The notes under the pieces were generated by a model. That model did not search any database, had not been told where the DNA came from, and saw nothing but the letters and a program-made list of their open reading frames with translations. Below are positions 59,879 to 64,000 of a stretch of 64,000 nt of DNA, piece by piece (position 1 is the first letter of the stretch; each line of letters opens with the position of its first letter). This stretch comes from Octopus sinensis. Taxonomy: Eukaryota. The DNA is taken from assembly GCF_006345805.1 (NCBI RefSeq), contig NC_042998.1:24056001-24120000 (forward strand), in the 5' to 3' direction. The position numbers and the translations under genes were made by a program.

Positions 59879-60815
59879 TGTAGTAGTAGTAGTTGTAGAA
59901 GTAGTTGTAGTAGTAGTAGTAGCAGTAGTAGTAGTTGTAGTAGTAATAAAAGTAGTAGTAGTGGTATTAGTAGTGGTAGTTGTAGGGGTAGTAGATGTGG
60001 TAGTAGTAGTAGTAGTAGTGGTAGTAGTAGTAGTATTATTAGTAGTAGTGGTAGTAGTAGCATCAGTTGTGGTAGTGGTAGTAGTTGTAGTGGTAGTAGT
60101 AGTAGTAGTAGTAGTAGTTGTAGGAGTAATAAAAGTAGTAGTAGTGGTAGTAGTAGTGGTTGTTATAGTAGTAGTAGTGGTATTAGTAGTGGTAGTTGTA
60201 GGGGTAGTAGATGTGGTAGTAGTAGTAGTAGTTGTTGTAGTAGTAATATTAGTAGTAGTGGTAGTAGTGGCATTAGTAGTGGTAGTGGTAGTAGTTGTGG
60301 TAGAAGTTGTGGTAGTGGTAGTAGTAGTAGTAGTAGTTGTAGTTGTAGTATTATTAGTAGTAGTGGTAATAGTAGCATTAGTTGTGGTAGTGGTAGTAGT
60401 GGTAGTAGTAGTAGTAGTAGTAGTAGTAGTTGTTGCTACTGAAATAGTAGTAGTAGTTGTAGGAGTAATAAAAGTAGTAGTAGTGGTAGTAGTAGTGGTT
60501 GTTATAGTAGTAGTAGTGGTATTAGTAGTGGTAGTTGTAGGGGTAGTAGATGTGGTAATAGTGGCAGTGGTAGTAGTGGTAGTAGTAGTAGTAGTAGTAA
60601 TATTAGTAGTAGTGGTAGTAGTGGCGTTAGTAGTGGTAGTAGAAGTTGTAGTAGTAATATTAGTAGTAGTGGTAGTAGTGGCGTTAGTAGTGGTAGTAGA
60701 AGTTGTAGTAGTAATATTAGTAGTAGTGGCATTGGTAGTGGTAGTAGTTGTGGTAGAAGCTGTGGTAGTTGTAGTAGTAGTAATGGTAGTTGTGGTAGTA
60801 GTAGTAGTAGTATTG
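59828..60815. repeat. (GTA)n array with internal ~100-bp duplications
   Basis: Direct inspection; source of the poly-T/poly-V pseudo-ORFs. Confidence 0.9.
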
Positions 60816-61002
60816 GGTGGCAATATGTTCACTTTGGTTGGTAAGGAATGTTGATGAAAAAAATATATATTTGGTTGCTAATATAAGATGTTCAAGGCTA
60901 TCATTTTAGTTTGCCATTAGTCAGGGTCTGCTTCAAAAGCCTTTATAAACGAGCACACGCTCTTATTATATACACATGCATATGCACACATGTGCACACA
61001 CA

Positions 61003-61575
61003 CATAGGTGCATGCGCACACACACATAGGTGCATATACACACACATAGGTGCATGTACACACACACATAGGTGCATGCGCACACACACATAGGTGCATG
61101 CGCACACACACATAGGTGCATCCGCACACACACATAGGTGCATCCGCACACACACATAGGTGCATGTGCACACACACATAGATGCATGTACACACACACA
61201 TAGATGCATGTACACACACACATAGGTGCATGTGCACACACACATAGGTGCATGCGCACACACACATAGGTGCATGTACACACACACATAGGTGCATGTG
61301 CACACACACATAGGTGCATGCGCACACACACATAGGTGCATGTACACACACACATATGTGCATGCACACACACACATAGGTGCATGCGCACACACACATA
61401 GGTGCATGCACACACACACATAGGTGCATGTGCATACACACATAGGTGCATGTACACACACACATAGGTGCATGTGCACACACACATAGGTGCATGTACA
61501 CACACACATAGGTGCATGTGCACACACACATAGGTGCATGTGCACACACACATAGGTGCATGTACACACACACAT
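61003..61575. repeat. 22-bp minisatellite (taggtgcatgYRcacacacaca), ~26 copies
   Basis: Direct inspection; continues as a degenerate CA-rich tract to ~62280. Confidence 0.9.
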
Positions 61576-62794
61576 AGGTGCATGCACATACATGGGCGCA
61601 CATACACAGACATGCATACATGTGGGCATATACTTGCTGACCCACATGCATACATGCACAATCACACACACATACATGTACATATACATGCATGCACATG
61701 CATGCACACATGTACACACATGCACACATATATATACACAGACACACACATACACACATGTGTACATACACATGCACACACACATAGGTGTATGTGAACA
61801 CACATGCATGTACATAGGCACACATACACAGACATGCATACACATGGACATATACCTGCTGACACACACACATACACACACATATGCACACATACACACA
61901 CATGTACAGCCATGTACATACACATGCATGCACATGTACATACACGTGTACACACATGCACGCACATGTACATACACATGCATACACACATGTACACACA
62001 TGTACACATATATGTTATCAGACACACATACACACACATGTATGCACATGCACACATCCACATGTGCATACATGCATACACACACGTATATACATGCACA
62101 CACATATGCACACATACACACACATGCACATACACACACATACACACACTTGCACAGCACATACACATATACACACACAAATGCATACACACACAGACAT
62201 ACTCACATGCACATACACGAGTGCACCCACGTACACACACACACACAAATGTGTGTGTGTGTCCATATGTGTGTGTATCAAACCCGCTTCATCACGCTCA
62301 ACCTCATTTCACATCTGCTTTCTAGGCCAGTGTAGTTTGGCTGGGTTATCATGTTAGTTAGTTAGTTAGTTAAATTGGCTCAAAAGCAAATAGCAAGGCC
62401 ATGTAGGGGGACATGGAGTTAAGTACAGGGTGGTGTTCATGATCCAAATCAATTCTTATATCAACTTATTACCCTTCCAGATCAGTATTTTTACTTTCTA
62501 TGATTTCTATGGCTGGAAACACTCCTTATATACCCGACCACTTCAGGGCATGTGCTGTGTGTCTTTCTTCATGGCACCAACACTAGAGGAGTTGCTGTGT
62601 CTTCAGCAAGACTATAAAACTCTTGTCTATTCTGCAGCATTTATGCTTGTTCAACAATAGCATGTCCAAGACAGGGCTCAGTTGAAGAGAGAAAGTGATG
62701 AGTGAAGCAACAAGTGTTTTAGAAGAAACAGGGTATTATCTGAAGGTGGTCAAAGCATTATCTGAAGGTGGTCAATGCTCATGCTCCCCAACTG

Positions 62795-62982
62795 GCTCCT
62801 GTGCTAGTGGCATATTAAAAGCACCCACTACACTCATGGAGTGGCTGTTGTTAGGAAGGGCATCCAGCCAGATCGGAGCTTGGTGCAGCCTCCTGGCTTC
62901 CCAGACCCTGGTCAAACCGTCCAACCTATGCCAGCATGGTAAGCAGACGTTAAAGGATGATGATGATGATAATGGTGATGAT
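62795..62982 (+). mobile_element. RTE 3'-UTR terminal fragment
   Basis: gtgctagtggca.attaaaagcacccactacactc...aggaagggcatccagc...atgccagcatgg, GAT tail. Confidence 0.8.
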
Positions 62983-63003
62983 ATATGTGGGAAAGAAAGT
63001 TAA

Positions 63004-63224
63004 CCCTTTCATTACTGTATTTATTTTGAGATGTTCTGTGTTTCTGCTAATTATTTTAAATATAACAAAGAATTTAGTAAAATAACATCGTTATCATTGA
63101 GCTAGTGTTAGGAACATAAATTGTGACTTAGATATGATGGAAGATTTTAATTCAAAACTTATGAAAACAAGACATTTGTACCTCAGAGCCAGAGCCGGTT
63201 TCAGCGTGGTTGGTAACGAAAGGG
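63004..63224. mobile_element. piggyBac-derived MITE (221 bp)
   Basis: TTAA|CCCTTTCATTAC ... GTAACGAAAGGG|TTAA. Confidence 0.85.
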
Positions 63225-63462
63225 TTAAACAAGATTATATTAGAGTTCCTGTGCATGCTTCCTCAGTTTCACCACTATGGTGTGGCGCTCATCATGGCAT
63301 TATGATAACTGAATAAACGGCTCAGCATTTCTAGTTCTGTGCTCCATTGCTCTGAGTTCAAATACAGTTTGAGTCAACATTTCTTTCACTTTTCCTTTTA
63401 ACAATAAAATAATTCCAGTCATAAGCTGGTTAGACTCAATTGACTATATTTATTTACCCCAA

Positions 63463-64000
63463 GGTGGCGAGATGGCAGACATGTTACCGTGCCGGACGAA
63501 ATGCTTAGCGGTATTTTGTCTGTCGTTACGTTCTGAGTTCAAATTTCGCCAAGGTCAACTTTGCCTTTCATCCTTTCAGGGTCGATAAATAAAGTACCAG
63601 CTTCGCGCTGGGGTCGATGTAATCGACTTAATCCCTTTGTCTGTCCTTGTTTGTCCTCTCTATGTTTAGCCCCTTGTGGGTAGTAAAGAAATAGGTATTT
63701 TGTCTGCCATTACATTCTGAGTTCAGATTCTGCTGAGGTCGACTTTGCCTTTCATCCTTTCAGGGTCGATAAATAAAGTACCAGCTATGCACTGGGGTCG
63801 ATGTAATCGACTTAATCCCTTTGTCTGTCCTTGTTTGTCCTCTCTATGTTTAGCCCCTTGTGGGTAGTAAAGAAATAGGTATTTCGTCTGCCATTACGTT
63901 CTGAGTTCAGATTCTGCCGAGGTCGACTTTGCCTTTCATCCTTTCAGGGTCGATAAATAAAGTACCAGCTTCGCACTGGGGTCGATGTAATCGACTTAAT
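63463..64000 (+). mobile_element. SINE family B head-to-tail array (at least 3 units, 184-bp period; runs off the window)
   Basis: Units restart at ggtattt at 63510, 63694 and 63878; only the first has the A-box head. Confidence 0.9.

Overview
Eukaryotic, AT-rich, microsatellite-saturated DNA made almost entirely of transposable elements. The SINE, RTE and Penelope repertoire looks like an Octopus genome; this is an inference from recalled repeat families, not a database result. No host gene can be established. There are only a few weak candidate exons, and most ORF-track entries are artefacts of simple repeats. Recognisable content: a near-complete RTE-clade LINE (39.9-44.4 kb; APE + RT + PHD-type finger) with a ~19-unit 61-bp array in its 3' UTR and many 5'-truncated copies; R4/Dong-type RLE LINE fragments; an L2/CR1-group LINE tail; several Penelope-like (PLE) remnants; mariner, rosa (DD41D), piggyBac and Helitron derivatives; MITE/foldback elements; and four tRNA-derived SINE families (labelled A, B, C, E here). 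The most interesting signals are: (i) at least eight hammerhead-ribozyme-like motifs, two canonical ones in direct repeats 966 bp apart and several with recurrent non-canonical cores (CCGANGA, CUGURGA, UUGAYAA); (ii) a PLE 3' region carrying five fixed-spacing ATTGG-N12-TGACGTC modules, a TATA box and a hammerhead-like motif; (iii) the variable-copy, higher-order, possibly pseudoknot-forming RTE 3'-UTR array; (iv) SINE concatemers, one of them inserted as a unit. All alignments and folds were done by eye, and many coordinates are approximate.
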